Program-made: the position numbers and the translations under genes
Notes under the pieces: generated by a model
Told to the model about the DNA's origin: nothing
Databases searched by the model: none
The model's input: only the letters and a program-made list of their open reading frames with translations
NCBI GenBank assembly: GCA_963669175.1
Contig: OY769902.1
Location: 2,208,001-2,272,000, forward strand
Direction of reading: 5' to 3'
Length of the DNA stretch: 64,000 nucleotides
Source of the DNA: a bacterium
GTDB taxonomy: Bacteria > Electryoneota > Electryoneia > Electryoneales > Electryoneaceae
Shown here: piece by piece, positions 19,363 to 29,961 of the stretch
Layout of the letters: every line of letters begins with the position of its first letter
How positions within the stretch are numbered: the stretch's first letter is position 1

Positions 19363-20891
19363 TGAGTGCTGAGAAACAAGGCATGGTTTACCTGATCGGT
19401 GCGGGACCGGGCACAGCAGAACTGATCACCTATAGAGGTCTGGAAGCGCTTTCCGCTTGTGATGTGGTGTGTTTTGACGCCCTGGTTGATCCGACACTTG
19501 TTGTTACCCTTCCACCTCACATCGAACGCCATTATGTGGGAAAGCGTGCCGGTCGTCATTCGATGAAACAGCCTGAGATCGAAGAACTGCTGGTGCGTCT
19601 TGCCAAAGATGGGCATACGGTTGCTCGCCTAAAAGGTGGCGATCCTTTCATCTTCGGGCGTGGTGGTGAAGAGGCGATTGCGCTGGCGGAAGCGGGAATT
19701 CCATTTGAAATCATTCCCGGTGTGACCGCCGCCTCTGCTGCTACAGCCTATGCCGGGATACCGCTGACACACCGTGGATTGGCGACCATAGCCTCTGTAT
19801 TTACCGCGCATGAAGATCCGGATAAGGATCCCGAAAAAGCTCTGGACTATAAGCATCTTGCCCAACTTGGTGGAACACTGGCCGGATACATGGGAGTGAC
19901 ACGCCTTCCCCAGGTGGTCGAACAGTTGATTGCCGGGGGACGTGATCCCCAAACCCCCGCGGCCCTGATCGAACGCGGCGCTACACCGGCGCAGAAAATG
20001 GTTCGTGCGACACTGAACACAATCGTGAGCGAAGCCGAAAAAGCAGGGATCAAACCACCGGCCCTGATTGTTGTCGGGGATACAGTAGGCTTGAGTGAAA
20101 CACTGCACTGGTATGAGCCGGGTCCGTTGGCCGGGAAGCGAGTGCTGGTAACTCGTCCCGCAGACCAGGCCGGACCGATGTACCGAGAGCTTACCCGGTT
20201 GGGCGCGTGGATTGTTCCGACACCATCTATTCGCACGATGCAGCACCTTGACATGCAAGGCTGGCAGCATTTCAATGAGAACCTGGATAAAACCGGCTGG
20301 CTGGTATTTACCAGTGAGAACGGGGTAAAATTCTTCGTTCGCAACCTCTTGCGTCTGGGGGGTGATCTGCGCCTGCTGGGCATGTACCACATCGCCGTGA
20401 TTGGGGCCGGTACACAACGGGCATTGGCTGAAATCGGTCTGAAAGCTGAATTGGTGCCAGAGAAGTTCACCGGGAAAACACTGGCAGATCAACTCGCTAC
20501 GAAGCTTGAACCGGGCACATATGTAATCCGGGTGCGTGGGAACCTGGGGGAACCGGCAGTAGAGGAAATCCTCGCAAACGCCGGGGCTGAAGTCCTGCCG
20601 ATACAGGTGTATGTCACGGAGACCGCGCCGCTGGATGATGGCATGCGGGCGTGGGTGGAAGAAGCGCCTCTCGATTATATCACCTTTACCAGCGGCTCGA
20701 CTGCGAAGAGCTTCGTAGAACAATGGGGCCAGGAGCAGGCGATGGCGCTGGCGAACGATGCGCGCGTTATCAGCATTGGTCCCGTGACCAGCGAAGTGGT
20801 GCGTGAACTGGGATTCACCATCCATTGCGAAGCGGAGCAGCATGATGTTGAAGGTGTGATTCAGGCAGTGTTGCAGGATGTACAATCGTAG
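19359..20891 (+). CDS. cobA: Fused uroporphyrinogen-III C-methyltransferase / uroporphyrinogen-III synthase (CobA-HemD)
   Basis: VYLIGAGPG and RLKGGDPFIFGRGGEE; then LAGKRVLVTRP, LVFTSENGV, ITFTSGST and SIGPVT (HemD half). Confidence 0.95.
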   Translation: MMSAEKQGMVYLIGAGPGTAELITYRGLEALSACDVVCFDALVDPTLVVTLPPHIERHYVGKRAGRHSMKQPEIEELLVRLAKDGHTVARLKGGDPFIFGRGGEEAIALAEAGIPFEIIPGVTAASAATAYAGIPLTHRGLATIASVFTAHEDPDKDPEKALDYKHLAQLGGTLAGYMGVTRLPQVVEQLIAGGRDPQTPAALIERGATPAQKMVRATLNTIVSEAEKAGIKPPALIVVGDTVGLSETLHWYEPGPLAGKRVLVTRPADQAGPMYRELTRLGAWIVPTPSIRTMQHLDMQGWQHFNENLDKTGWLVFTSENGVKFFVRNLLRLGGDLRLLGMYHIAVIGAGTQRALAEIGLKAELVPEKFTGKTLADQLATKLEPGTYVIRVRGNLGEPAVEEILANAGAEVLPIQVYVTETAPLDDGMRAWVEEAPLDYITFTSGSTAKSFVEQWGQEQAMALANDARVISIGPVTSEVVRELGFTIHCEAEQHDVEGVIQAVLQDVQS

Positions 20892-21053
20892 CGTGCAGGG
20901 AGAATTCAGGCTCACATCAATGCAAAAAACTAGAATTGAAATAGATCTCGCATATGGGAGGGATTAATATTGAGAAAGTTGATCCCCGTCATCTTTTCCT
21001 ACGCAATATTTACGTAAGCTGTGACAGGGGAGAGAACTTGCAGGGAGTCTAAT

Positions 21054-21917
21054 ATGGTTGATATTCTGGAGATGATGCGGGCGCGTGGGGATCTCCCCGC
21101 ACTGCCGGATATTCTGATTCAACTCAATAAAAAACTGCGAGATCCGAATGTCTCCATGGGGGAAATCTCAGCGATTATTGAAGTAGAACCTTCCTTTGCC
21201 GGAAAGGTCAGCAGTCTTGCGAACAGCGCCTTTTTTGCTGGAGGTCGCAAGGAAGTGCATGATCTGAAAATGGCAGTGGCACGTCTTGGACTTTCCGAAG
21301 TAAAAAACCTTGTCTTTACCCTGGCAGTTCACCAGCTTTTCAGTGTTTCTCTCGATATTGATCAGAAGAGATTCTGGACACACTCGCTTGCGGTGGGAAC
21401 CGGTTCACGCAACCTGGCACGTATGCTTGGGGCAGGAAGGACAGACCGGGAAGTCGCCTATATGGCCGGTCTGCTGCACGATATCGGGATCCTCGTGTTT
21501 GGTTACCTGATTCCCATGGATTACAGCGCTTTCCTCAAAGAGATTCAGGCTGAGCAGAAGGTGACACGCTCCCTGCATGCGTTGGAATGGGACCGTTTTG
21601 GTGTGGATCATCCGAAACTGGGGGCGGAGTTTGTGCAGACCTGGTGGCAGTTAAACGAAGAGATTGTGCTTGCGATTCAACACCATCATGTTCCTTTGAA
21701 TGGCGAGTTCACCCTTCCACCTGTAAGCCGGGTCGTCAGTGTTGTCAATTCCTATTGCAGTTCGCTGGACTTTTCAAACAGTATCAAGACATTCCGGAAA
21801 CCCTTTGACAAAAAGGTGTTTTACGATTTACACCTGAACGATGAGCAGATTGATCAGTTTACCCTTGAATTGAAGGAACGTGTCAGTCAGCAGGCCGCTT
21901 CAATATATGGCGGGTAA
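21054..21917 (+). CDS. HDOD domain protein
   Basis: LPALP, LANSAFF, AVARLG, FWTHS, AYMAGLLHDIG, DHPKLGA and AIQHHH. Confidence 0.92.
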   Translation: MVDILEMMRARGDLPALPDILIQLNKKLRDPNVSMGEISAIIEVEPSFAGKVSSLANSAFFAGGRKEVHDLKMAVARLGLSEVKNLVFTLAVHQLFSVSLDIDQKRFWTHSLAVGTGSRNLARMLGAGRTDREVAYMAGLLHDIGILVFGYLIPMDYSAFLKEIQAEQKVTRSLHALEWDRFGVDHPKLGAEFVQTWWQLNEEIVLAIQHHHVPLNGEFTLPPVSRVVSVVNSYCSSLDFSNSIKTFRKPFDKKVFYDLHLNDEQIDQFTLELKERVSQQAASIYGG

Positions 21918-21937
21918 GGGACGATCTGGAACCAAAG

Positions 21938-21968
21938 AAAACCCCGCCGGGATTAACCTGACGGGGTA
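21938..21968. terminator. Hairpin between convergent genes, probable terminator
   Basis: AAAACCCCGCCGGG...CCTGACGGGGT. Confidence 0.6.
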
Positions 21969-22006
21969 TAAAGAAGTCGCTGTCCTCGCTCGCGTTCGGC
22001 TGATTC

Positions 22007-22984
22007 CTACCATTCCACCAGGTAGATTTTTCCATCCTTTTCCACAAGCGCTTTGTCTTCTGTTGGATGCGCAGCAGCATTTTCGCCATTGTCGAGGAGC
22101 AAGGATAAACTCCCACTTGCGAACCTGTACAGGTACGTGCCATCGATAATGTCGCCATCCAACCCGGTAGCAAGCAGGTATTCCCCGTTGCCGCCAACCG
22201 AAGGCCTGGTAGCGTACGAAATCAAGGTTGAAGGGTTGTCAATGTCACCAAGGTCTACACTGGCAATATTATACCCGCCCCATGAGCCAACCTGCGAGAC
22301 ATAAAGCTCGTGGCCGTCGGCTGACCAGACTGGATCTGTGCCTACTTCCGTCAGAACGGATACCGGGGTTGACGAAGCCTGAAGTCCGATTACAAACAGG
22401 GAAAATGCGGAATAAGTTGTGCTCGATTGCAGGTAGGCAACCTGATACCCATTGGGAGAACCCTTGGGGAACTGGCCTTCGGGAACGATTTCATCGATCT
22501 CGTCAGTTTCAAGGTTCAAGCGCCACAAGGAGTGAGACGCATCTTCAGCCAGTACGGATGGGCCATCATCAATCCATGTTGGTCGGCGGCCGCCCTGCAA
22601 CACCAGTTCGTTGTCGCCAGTGGACCTGGTGTGAACGTAAACACCGCCGGTCAGTTCCGGAGTGCTGAATGCGATCATCGAACCGTCTGACAATGGTGTG
22701 TAGTCATAGTTATGAGCGCCGCCATATACTGCCAGCATGGCATCTTCATCATTGAGAAGCGCTTCCAGTGAATAGATCAAAATTGTCGGTTCCGCAAACT
22801 GGACCGTAGCGATGAAACCTTCGCCATCCGGCAGCCATACGGGGTGGCTGGCATTCTGGACCAACAGGGTTGTCGTGGCGCCTTCTTCCTGCTCTGGCGA
22901 ATCATCGCAATCGCAACCAGATATCAAGACACAGGAAACCAACAGGAATAGTATTGGAACTGATTTTCGCTTTACACCGAACAT
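22007..22984 (-). CDS. Lipoprotein with a TolB-like (PD40) beta-propeller
   Basis: Lipobox ISGC; repeated P.W.PDG, SPNG..VAY and PVWSADG motifs. Confidence 0.75.
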   Translation of the reverse strand: MFGVKRKSVPILFLLVSCVLISGCDCDDSPEQEEGATTTLLVQNASHPVWLPDGEGFIATVQFAEPTILIYSLEALLNDEDAMLAVYGGAHNYDYTPLSDGSMIAFSTPELTGGVYVHTRSTGDNELVLQGGRRPTWIDDGPSVLAEDASHSLWRLNLETDEIDEIVPEGQFPKGSPNGYQVAYLQSSTTYSAFSLFVIGLQASSTPVSVLTEVGTDPVWSADGHELYVSQVGSWGGYNIASVDLGDIDNPSTLISYATRPSVGGNGEYLLATGLDGDIIDGTYLYRFASGSLSLLLDNGENAAAHPTEDKALVEKDGKIYLVEW

Positions 22985-23003
22985 GAAAACAACTCCCGGT
23001 TGC

Positions 23004-24368
23004 TTATCCAGCCCGTTTGTACTGAACTGTGTAAATCAGCTCAGCAGTTTTTCCAGCGGGAACTGAAACATTGAATTTTACCGTGCGGGCATCAATTGTT
23101 TCCGGCTCGACCTCGCCCTGGCTGTAATGTACATCTTTCATCGACCAATTGCCGAACATTCTTTCGAGAACTTCAATGTTCACCAGGGTGGGCATCGAGT
23201 TGCCCAGTTCTACCTTGAAAGTCTGTTCGGTTCCATCTGCCCCTGATGGTTTTTCCTGCATGCGGATTCGTTTGGCGGTCAGGTCAAATGCCTGGTTGGC
23301 CGTAAGGTCAAGTGGGGAACCGGCGGGGGTGTTGTCAATACGATCCTCGCCGATGAACAGCATTTCGCCGTCATGATCGCGGTACATGCGAATAGTCCCG
23401 GCAGGCAAAGCTGTGGCTGAAGCGCTTGACCAGTCAACATCCAGGTGAGTTGTGACACGATCGTTGAAGATGGCGGCATCGTAAACATAACGTGTCTGTA
23501 CAGGCAGATTGTCTACTTCTATCAGCGGGAGTTCAGTAGCATGACCACTGCGAATAATGCCCTTCTCTTCTATTATCCAGGTGCGTATTTCACCGGAAGA
23601 CTCACCCTGAGAAAGAACTGCGCCGGGTTGCGGATTCATACGGTCTACCTGACGCTTATCTCCGGCCAGGTGAACATCACCTGCAACAAGAATCAGCTTG
23701 TCATAGGCCAGCGGCAGGTTACTGAAATTCTCAATAACAGTCATGCCTTGCATCAATGCAGCGCCTTTATCCGTCATTAACCGGTAGTCCGCGTACCAGT
23801 CGATGTGTTCTACACGATAACTGATTTCAATCTTGACCGTCTGCCGCTTCTTCGATGAATACGTCCACCGTAGCGAGGTTTCCGGAACCAGGTCGCCCGG
23901 CCACTCGGTCAGTTTGGGAGCTTTAACATCCGAGTAGGGGATACTGAGAATGAAACCGTCCTCAGATTCCAGAAAAAACAGGCTGTTTGTTACACGCTTC
24001 AAGGTGCCGGAATAGGTGGAATCATAGGTCTCAAGGTCTACATAATGCCCGACTTGTGCTTCCCACATCAGGTCTTCATCAATGAGATCCAGCGCCAGAG
24101 CGATTGAGCGGGTTTCCACTCTTCCGTCAACAACGTCCAGCCGAAAACTTCCGGCAACAGCCGTAACAGGAATGAAGGGGAGCAAAACATTATTCTCACC
24201 CTTTTCAATATCAATTTCACGAGTTTCTGTAATCTCTGCAATTCCTCGGTGGTAAACGGCGATATCACGGTAAGTTGCAGGATCGTTTGCCGGGACTTGC
24301 GCCAAGGCAAAGGGGGTGATGGCCAACAGAAGAATGATGGAAACCAAAGTGCGACGGTATGTACTCAT
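23004..24368 (-). CDS. DUF4139-type exported protein
   Basis: Signal peptide from MSTYRRT; IDWYADYRL, LPAGTIRMY, FIGEDRIDNTP and VPAGKTAELIYTV. Start set at 24368, which has an RBS. Confidence 0.8.
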   Translation of the reverse strand: MSTYRRTLVSIILLLAITPFALAQVPANDPATYRDIAVYHRGIAEITETREIDIEKGENNVLLPFIPVTAVAGSFRLDVVDGRVETRSIALALDLIDEDLMWEAQVGHYVDLETYDSTYSGTLKRVTNSLFFLESEDGFILSIPYSDVKAPKLTEWPGDLVPETSLRWTYSSKKRQTVKIEISYRVEHIDWYADYRLMTDKGAALMQGMTVIENFSNLPLAYDKLILVAGDVHLAGDKRQVDRMNPQPGAVLSQGESSGEIRTWIIEEKGIIRSGHATELPLIEVDNLPVQTRYVYDAAIFNDRVTTHLDVDWSSASATALPAGTIRMYRDHDGEMLFIGEDRIDNTPAGSPLDLTANQAFDLTAKRIRMQEKPSGADGTEQTFKVELGNSMPTLVNIEVLERMFGNWSMKDVHYSQGEVEPETIDARTVKFNVSVPAGKTAELIYTVQYKRAG

Positions 24369-24768
24369 ATTATCAATCCTTTCCCCTCGTGTTCTAATCA
24401 AAAGTTTCAGATTATTTACGGCAGGATTGCCTGCTATTGCAAGGCGCAACGGTGCTGCTGGTGAAACTCGCTGAGAACCGGGAGTCGATATGGGAACCAT
24501 TTTCAGGATACTTCGTGAAGAAATGGTACAAAGTTCACATGTAAGCGCAGTCGGAATTGGCTGTTTGACTCCTGGAGCACGTTGCGAGTCGATTTTTAGA
24601 GTCTGATTGCGCATTTGGGGCAAGTTTGTCCAGCCAAACTCGCTTTGTTTCGCATGTTCAGGAGTTTGCGCTCGGGTGGGCTTAGAAAAGCAAGACGTAG
24701 ACGTGAAGTTTGTAACGAAGAGATAGGTCAACTTGAAGAAAAATCGAAAGTTCGGGCCACCTATTTCC

Positions 24769-24797
24769 TTGACTTCCCGCCTACCTTTGCGTATGTT
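24769..24797 (+). promoter_or_regulatory. Sigma70-type promoter for the qmo-sat-apr operon
   Basis: TTGACT-N17-TATGTT, about 180 bp upstream of qmoA. Confidence 0.6.
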
Positions 24798-24938
24798 CGA
24801 ACCCATGCTTTTCCGGGGGGGCCGGAGCGGCATTGGCAGATGTGTGCGCCAAGACGGTATTCGCTGGGAGAAGCAATCCAGCCTGAGTTGGCAAGACGCG
24901 GCAGAAAAAGTGTTTTCAGCACTGAGTTCTTACTGAAG

Positions 24939-24956
24939 CTGTGAAACCTTTCACGA
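24939..24956. promoter_or_regulatory. Rex-like operator
   Basis: CTGTGAA-ACCT-TTCACGA versus the Rex consensus TTGTGAA-N4-TTCACAA, just upstream of the qmoA RBS. Confidence 0.6.
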
Positions 24957-24975
24957 TCTACGAGAGGAGTTTCTT

Positions 24976-26250
24976 ATGCCCGATAACGGGGCTGCGGAAA
25001 GCCGTTTAAAGGCCGGAGTGGTTGTTGTCGGCGGCGGTATTGCCGGAATTACCACTGCGGTAGAAGCGTCAGAAGCAGGCCTCGATGTCGTGCTCGTCGA
25101 GAGAGAAGCCACACTCGGCGGGCGGGTCGCGAGGCTCAACCATTACTTCCCCAAGATGTGTCCTCCATCATGCGGATTGGAAATTAACTTCCGTCGCCTG
25201 AGGGACAACGAAAAGGTCGAAATCTATACGCTGTCTGAAGTTGAGAAGATTGAAGGCAGCGAGGGCAATTACACCGTGACTATCAAGGTCAATCCACGGT
25301 ATGTGAAGCCCTGGGCCGGGGACTACACGGAATGGGCGAAAACCTGTCCTGTTGAAGTGGAAGACGATTTTAACTACGGGCTTTGCAAGCGCAAAGGCTT
25401 GTATTTCCCGTTTGAAAACGCCTATCCGTCACAATGGATTATTGACGCAAGTGTTGTGAATGATCCCAAGTTCCAGGAATGGGTCAAGGAATGTCCGGAT
25501 AACGGCATTGACCTGACGGAACAATCTCGCACGGTAGTTGTGGAATGCGCCAGCATCGCCTGGGCGACCGGTTGGAAACCCTACGACGCATCCAAGATTG
25601 ATTTACTGAACTACGGCAAGCATCCCGATATCGTCACCAATGTCCAGATGGAGCGTCTGTGCAGCCATGCCGGTCCGACCGGTGGCAAGCTGGTCAAGCT
25701 GTCTGATGGCGGTGAAGTCAAGTCCGTAGCCTTCCTGCAGTGTACCGGTAGTCGTGATGAGAACCACCTGCCGTTCTGCAGTGGTGTCTGCTGCACAGCT
25801 TCCCTGAAGCAGGCTTCCTACGTTCTGGATCAGTATCCCGATGCGGATGTCCACATGTTCTACATCGACGTTCGCACCCCGGGCCGCCTGGAAGACTTTT
25901 ACCAGGAACGTCAGGCGATTGAAAAGATCCAGCTTCACCGTGGCAAGGGCATCAAGGTTGATCCGGTAGACGGCGGTCTGGAAGTAACCGCTGAGAATAC
26001 ACTGACCGGGGAACTGAAGAAGTACACAGTTGACCTGGTAGTGTTGGCGACGGGTATGGAACCGGCCACACGGACAGAGAAGCCACCGATTGACGCGGAA
26101 TTGGACGAGTTGGGCTTCATGGTCCAGAACGACGACGCTTCCGGCATTTACGGCGTGGGAACAACAGTTCGCCCGCTGGGTGTCGCGGAAACGCTTCAGG
26201 ATGCAACCGGTGCAGCGATCAAGGCGCTTCACATGGCGAGGAGGAGCTAA
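24976..26250 (+). CDS. qmoA: QmoA (HdrA-like flavoprotein)
   Basis: VVVGGGIAG, YFPKMCPPSCGLEINFRR, CTGSRDENHLPFCSGVCC and FYIDVRTPGR; 424 aa; adjacent to qmoB, sat and apr. Confidence 0.93.
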   Translation: MPDNGAAESRLKAGVVVVGGGIAGITTAVEASEAGLDVVLVEREATLGGRVARLNHYFPKMCPPSCGLEINFRRLRDNEKVEIYTLSEVEKIEGSEGNYTVTIKVNPRYVKPWAGDYTEWAKTCPVEVEDDFNYGLCKRKGLYFPFENAYPSQWIIDASVVNDPKFQEWVKECPDNGIDLTEQSRTVVVECASIAWATGWKPYDASKIDLLNYGKHPDIVTNVQMERLCSHAGPTGGKLVKLSDGGEVKSVAFLQCTGSRDENHLPFCSGVCCTASLKQASYVLDQYPDADVHMFYIDVRTPGRLEDFYQERQAIEKIQLHRGKGIKVDPVDGGLEVTAENTLTGELKKYTVDLVVLATGMEPATRTEKPPIDAELDELGFMVQNDDASGIYGVGTTVRPLGVAETLQDATGAAIKALHMARRS

Positions 26251-26253
26251 CCG

Positions 26254-28530
26254 ATGGCATTGGATGTCAAACTCGGCGTCTACGTCGTTAAAGATAAAGA
26301 AACTGAAGAATACCTCAGCATCGACCGTATGGAAGAAGCCGCGAAAGAAGAAAAAGCGGTTGTCTTCAAGATGGTTGAGAACCTGACCAGCCCCGAAGGC
26401 GAAGAGCTGATCCGCAAGGATATCGAGGAACATGGCCTGGATCGTATTCTGGTCATGGATCGCAGCTATCGTGCGTATCCGCAGTATTTCGACTTCGGCA
26501 CTGAGATCCTGGTCGAGCGTGTTCCGCTGAAGGAATGGGTCATCTGGTCACACGATCCCGATGATGATCCCGATGACGAAGACGAGAACCATACCCAGCG
26601 CATCGCGGAAGATTACCTGCACATGTTCGCAGTTCGTCTGCAGAACATCAAACCACCGAAACCGGAAGAGCTGAAAGAGCCGATCACCTATGCGAAGAAC
26701 GTATTGGTGCTGGGCGGTGGTGTGGCTGGTTTGCGTAGCGCGTTGGATGCGGCTTTGGCCGGATACGAAGTAGAACTGGTTGAGAAGGAAGCTCAGCTTG
26801 GCGGTTGGGCAGCCAAGTTCGGCAAGTCCTTCCCGACACGTCCACCGTACGACAAGCTGGTCAACAGCAATGTTTCCGAATTGATCGAAAAGGTCATGGG
26901 GAACGACAAGATCAATGTCCGTTTGAGCACAACCGTCAAGAAGATCACCGGCGCTCCCGGACGTTTCATGGTCAACCTGCAAAACGGTGGCGAACCGGAA
27001 GAGATCAAGATCGGTTCTGTAATCCAGGCAACTGGCTGGAAGCCGTACGATGCGACCAAGCTTGGCCATTTGGGCTATGGCGAGAAGAATGTTGTTACCA
27101 ACATCCAGTTCGAAGAGATGTTGAGCAGCGGCGCGATCAAGCTGGACAACGGTTCAGCGCCGAAATCGATTGCGTTTATTCAGTGCGCAGGCAGCCGTGA
27201 CAAAGATCATCTGCCGTACTGCAGCGCCGTATGCTGCCGTGCCAGCCTGAAGCACGCGATGCAGATCCGCGAGCTGATGCCTGACACCAAAGTCTACATC
27301 CTGTACAAGGACATTCGCAGTCCGGGACAATATGAGCTGTTCTACCAGGCGGCTCAGAATGATCCGGGCTTTTTCTTTACCAAGGGTGAAGTGGTCAACG
27401 TGGCGGCCAATGGCGGCGGCCTGAAGATTGACCTCGATGAAACCCTGCTTGGCGACCAGATTACTGTGGAAGCCGACATGCTGGTGCTGGCGACCGGTAT
27501 GGTTCCGACCACCAAGGTTGAGGACACGGTTGCGGCGACAGTCGAAGGCGGCGAGAGCAAGCCGGACGCCAAGGTTGAAGAGACCACGGAAGACGGCAAG
27601 AAGGCTGCCTCCGGCGCTGAAAAGGGCGCGAAGATCCTGAACCTGACGTATCGCCAGGGTACCGACCTTCCGACGCTGAAGTACGGTTTCCCTGACAGCC
27701 ACTTCATCTGCTTCCCGTATGAAACCCGCCGTTCCGCGATTTTTGCGGCCGGTTGTGTACGTGCGCCGATGGACACCGCGCAAGCGGCCAACGATGCGGC
27801 CGGTGCAGCTTTGAAGGCAGTACAGGCTGTCGAACTGGTCGAGCAGAATCGTGCGCTGCATCCGCGTTCACGCGACCTGAGCTGGCCGAACTTCTACCTC
27901 AGCCGCTGTACCCAGTGTAAGCGCTGTACTGAAGACTGCCCGTTCGGCGCCCTGGATGAGGATGTCAAGGGGACCCCGAAACCGAATACGGAACGCTGCC
28001 GTCGTTGTGGTACCTGCATGGGCGCCTGCCCGGAACGTATCATCAACTTCGAAAACTACAGTGTGCCGTCCGGTTCCGCGATGATGAAGGCTTTCGAGAT
28101 GCCGGAAGAGGACATGGAAATGCCGCGTATTCTCGCATTCGTTTGCGAGAACGACGCATTGCCGGCACTGGAAATGGCTGCACAGAAACGGATGAAGTTC
28201 AGCAGCAATGTCCGCATTATTCCGGTACGCTGCCTTGGTTCGGTCAACCTGGTGTGGATCACCAACGCACTCGATGCGGGCTATGACGCGATCATGCTGA
28301 TCGGTTGCAAGCACGGTGATGACTACCAGTGCCACTTTGTCCGTGGTTCCGAACTTGCCGAGTATCGTATGGGCAACGTGCAGGAGAAACTGAAGCAGAT
28401 GTCGCTCGAGGAAGAGCGCGTGCAGACGTATTCCATCGCGATCGACGAATGGCACAAGATTCCGGGTCTGTTCGAAGCGATGGATGAGACTGTGGAAGAA
28501 GTCGGCGCGAATCCGTTTAAAGATTTCTAG
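26254..28530 (+). CDS. qmoB: QmoB (HdrA-like, ferredoxin and MvhD/FlpD domains)
   Basis: QCAGSRDKDHLPYCSAVCC, YGFPDSHFICFPYETRR, CTQCKRCTEDCPFG, CRRCGTCMGACPER and GCKHGDDYQCHF. Confidence 0.95.
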   Translation: MALDVKLGVYVVKDKETEEYLSIDRMEEAAKEEKAVVFKMVENLTSPEGEELIRKDIEEHGLDRILVMDRSYRAYPQYFDFGTEILVERVPLKEWVIWSHDPDDDPDDEDENHTQRIAEDYLHMFAVRLQNIKPPKPEELKEPITYAKNVLVLGGGVAGLRSALDAALAGYEVELVEKEAQLGGWAAKFGKSFPTRPPYDKLVNSNVSELIEKVMGNDKINVRLSTTVKKITGAPGRFMVNLQNGGEPEEIKIGSVIQATGWKPYDATKLGHLGYGEKNVVTNIQFEEMLSSGAIKLDNGSAPKSIAFIQCAGSRDKDHLPYCSAVCCRASLKHAMQIRELMPDTKVYILYKDIRSPGQYELFYQAAQNDPGFFFTKGEVVNVAANGGGLKIDLDETLLGDQITVEADMLVLATGMVPTTKVEDTVAATVEGGESKPDAKVEETTEDGKKAASGAEKGAKILNLTYRQGTDLPTLKYGFPDSHFICFPYETRRSAIFAAGCVRAPMDTAQAANDAAGAALKAVQAVELVEQNRALHPRSRDLSWPNFYLSRCTQCKRCTEDCPFGALDEDVKGTPKPNTERCRRCGTCMGACPERIINFENYSVPSGSAMMKAFEMPEEDMEMPRILAFVCENDALPALEMAAQKRMKFSSNVRIIPVRCLGSVNLVWITNALDAGYDAIMLIGCKHGDDYQCHFVRGSELAEYRMGNVQEKLKQMSLEEERVQTYSIAIDEWHKIPGLFEAMDETVEEVGANPFKDF

Positions 28531-28539
28531 ACCATTTTC

Positions 28540-28567
28540 CGTTCCCCGGTTTTCAGGTCGGGGAACG
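28540..28567 (+). other. Intercistronic stem-loop between qmoB and sat
   Basis: CGTTCCCCG...CGGGGAACG stem without a U-tract; possible mRNA stability element. Confidence 0.5.
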
Positions 28568-28631
28568 AGTTGATAGACAACAAAGATTACTGACCAATAG
28601 TCAGGCTTAAACCCAACAAGGGGACAAACAC

Positions 28632-29882
28632 ATGGCATCCAATTTGGTTCCCCCGCATGGTAGTGACGAACTCGTCATTCTTTTGCTGGAAGGCGAAGAG
28701 CGGGCAGCAGAACTGAAGAAGGCGGAAGGGTTGAAGAAGGTTCCGATGACGTCGCGTGAAACCGGCGACCTGATTTTCATGGGCATCGGTGGCTTTACTC
28801 CGCTGAAGGGCTTCATGGGCAAGGAAGACTGGGAGCATGTCTGCTCCGAGATGAAGATGCCGTCGATGAACGGCTTGTTCTGGCCCATTCCCGTGACCCT
28901 GTCCGCAGACAAGGATCTTGCTGACACGATCGAGGTCGGGGAAGAGGTAGCTCTGTGGTCTGATGAGTTCAATGAGATCATGGGCACCATGAAGGTCGAA
29001 GAGAAGTACACGATCGACAAAGAATTCGAATGCAAGCACGTCTACACCACGACTGACCTGGAACATCCCGGTGTCAAGATGGTGATGGATCAGAAGGAAA
29101 TTAACCTGGCCGGCCCGGTAAAGGCGCTGAGCGAAGGTACTTTCCCGACAGAATTCGAAGGCATCTACAAGCGTCCGGCAGAAGTTCGTGCGGAATTTGA
29201 CAAGCGTGGCTGGCGGACCGTAGCGGCCCTGCAGCTTCGTAACCCGATGCACCGCAGCCATGAATACCTGGCCAAGATCGCGGGTGAAGTCAGCGATGGT
29301 ATCTTCATCCACCAGTTGGTTGGTAAGCTGAAGCCCGGCGACATCCCCGCCGACGTCCGCGTGAAGTGCATTGACACACTCGTAGACAACTATTTCGTAA
29401 AAGACAACGTGTACGCCGGTGGTTACCCGCTGGATATGCGTTATGCCGGTCCGCGTGAAGGCCTCCTGCACGCCCTGTTCCGTCAGAACTTCGGCTGCTC
29501 CCACATGATCATCGGCCGTGACCACGCCGGTGTGGGCGACTACTACGGCCCGTTCGACGCACAGAACATCTTCCACGAACTGTGGGAAGGCGCGTTGATC
29601 TGCAAGAACCTGAACATTGACTGGACTTTCTGGTGCTACACCTGCAACGGCATGGCCTCGATGAAGACCTGCCCGCATAGCAAGGAAGAGCGCCTGTTCC
29701 TGTCCGGCACCAAGCTTCGCAAGATGCTCAGCGAAGGCATGGCGGATGAGATCCCGAAGGAATTCAGTCGTCCGGAAGTCCTCGAAATTCTGGTTGAGTA
29801 TTACAGCGGCCTCGAGGAGAAGGTGGAAATCAAGGAACACCGTGCTTCCACCGGTATGGACAACCAAGACGCAAAGAAGTAA
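28632..29882 (+). CDS. sat: Sulfate adenylyltransferase (dissimilatory type)
   Basis: [46 protein letters not shown] and SGTKLRKML. Confidence 0.97.
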   Translation: MASNLVPPHGSDELVILLLEGEERAAELKKAEGLKKVPMTSRETGDLIFMGIGGFTPLKGFMGKEDWEHVCSEMKMPSMNGLFWPIPVTLSADKDLADTIEVGEEVALWSDEFNEIMGTMKVEEKYTIDKEFECKHVYTTTDLEHPGVKMVMDQKEINLAGPVKALSEGTFPTEFEGIYKRPAEVRAEFDKRGWRTVAALQLRNPMHRSHEYLAKIAGEVSDGIFIHQLVGKLKPGDIPADVRVKCIDTLVDNYFVKDNVYAGGYPLDMRYAGPREGLLHALFRQNFGCSHMIIGRDHAGVGDYYGPFDAQNIFHELWEGALICKNLNIDWTFWCYTCNGMASMKTCPHSKEERLFLSGTKLRKMLSEGMADEIPKEFSRPEVLEILVEYYSGLEEKVEIKEHRASTGMDNQDAKK

Positions 29883-29961
29883 GATTTTCATAACCGAGCA
29901 ATCGGTCAAAACAGGTGGGGTGGCTTAAAAGCAACCCCCGGGAACGTTCAAGGAGGGTTTC

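Noticed and set aside
24701-24718. Second Rex site ACGTGAAGTTTGTAACGA
   Set aside because: The right half matches the consensus poorly; not distinguishable from chance.
24369-24833. 155-aa N-terminal extension of the 23004..24833 ORF
   Set aside because: The signal peptide and RBS point to a start at 24368; the extension overlaps the divergent promoter region.
28531-28631. qmoC remnant between qmoB and sat
   Set aside because: Only about 100 bp containing a hairpin and an RBS; no coding trace.
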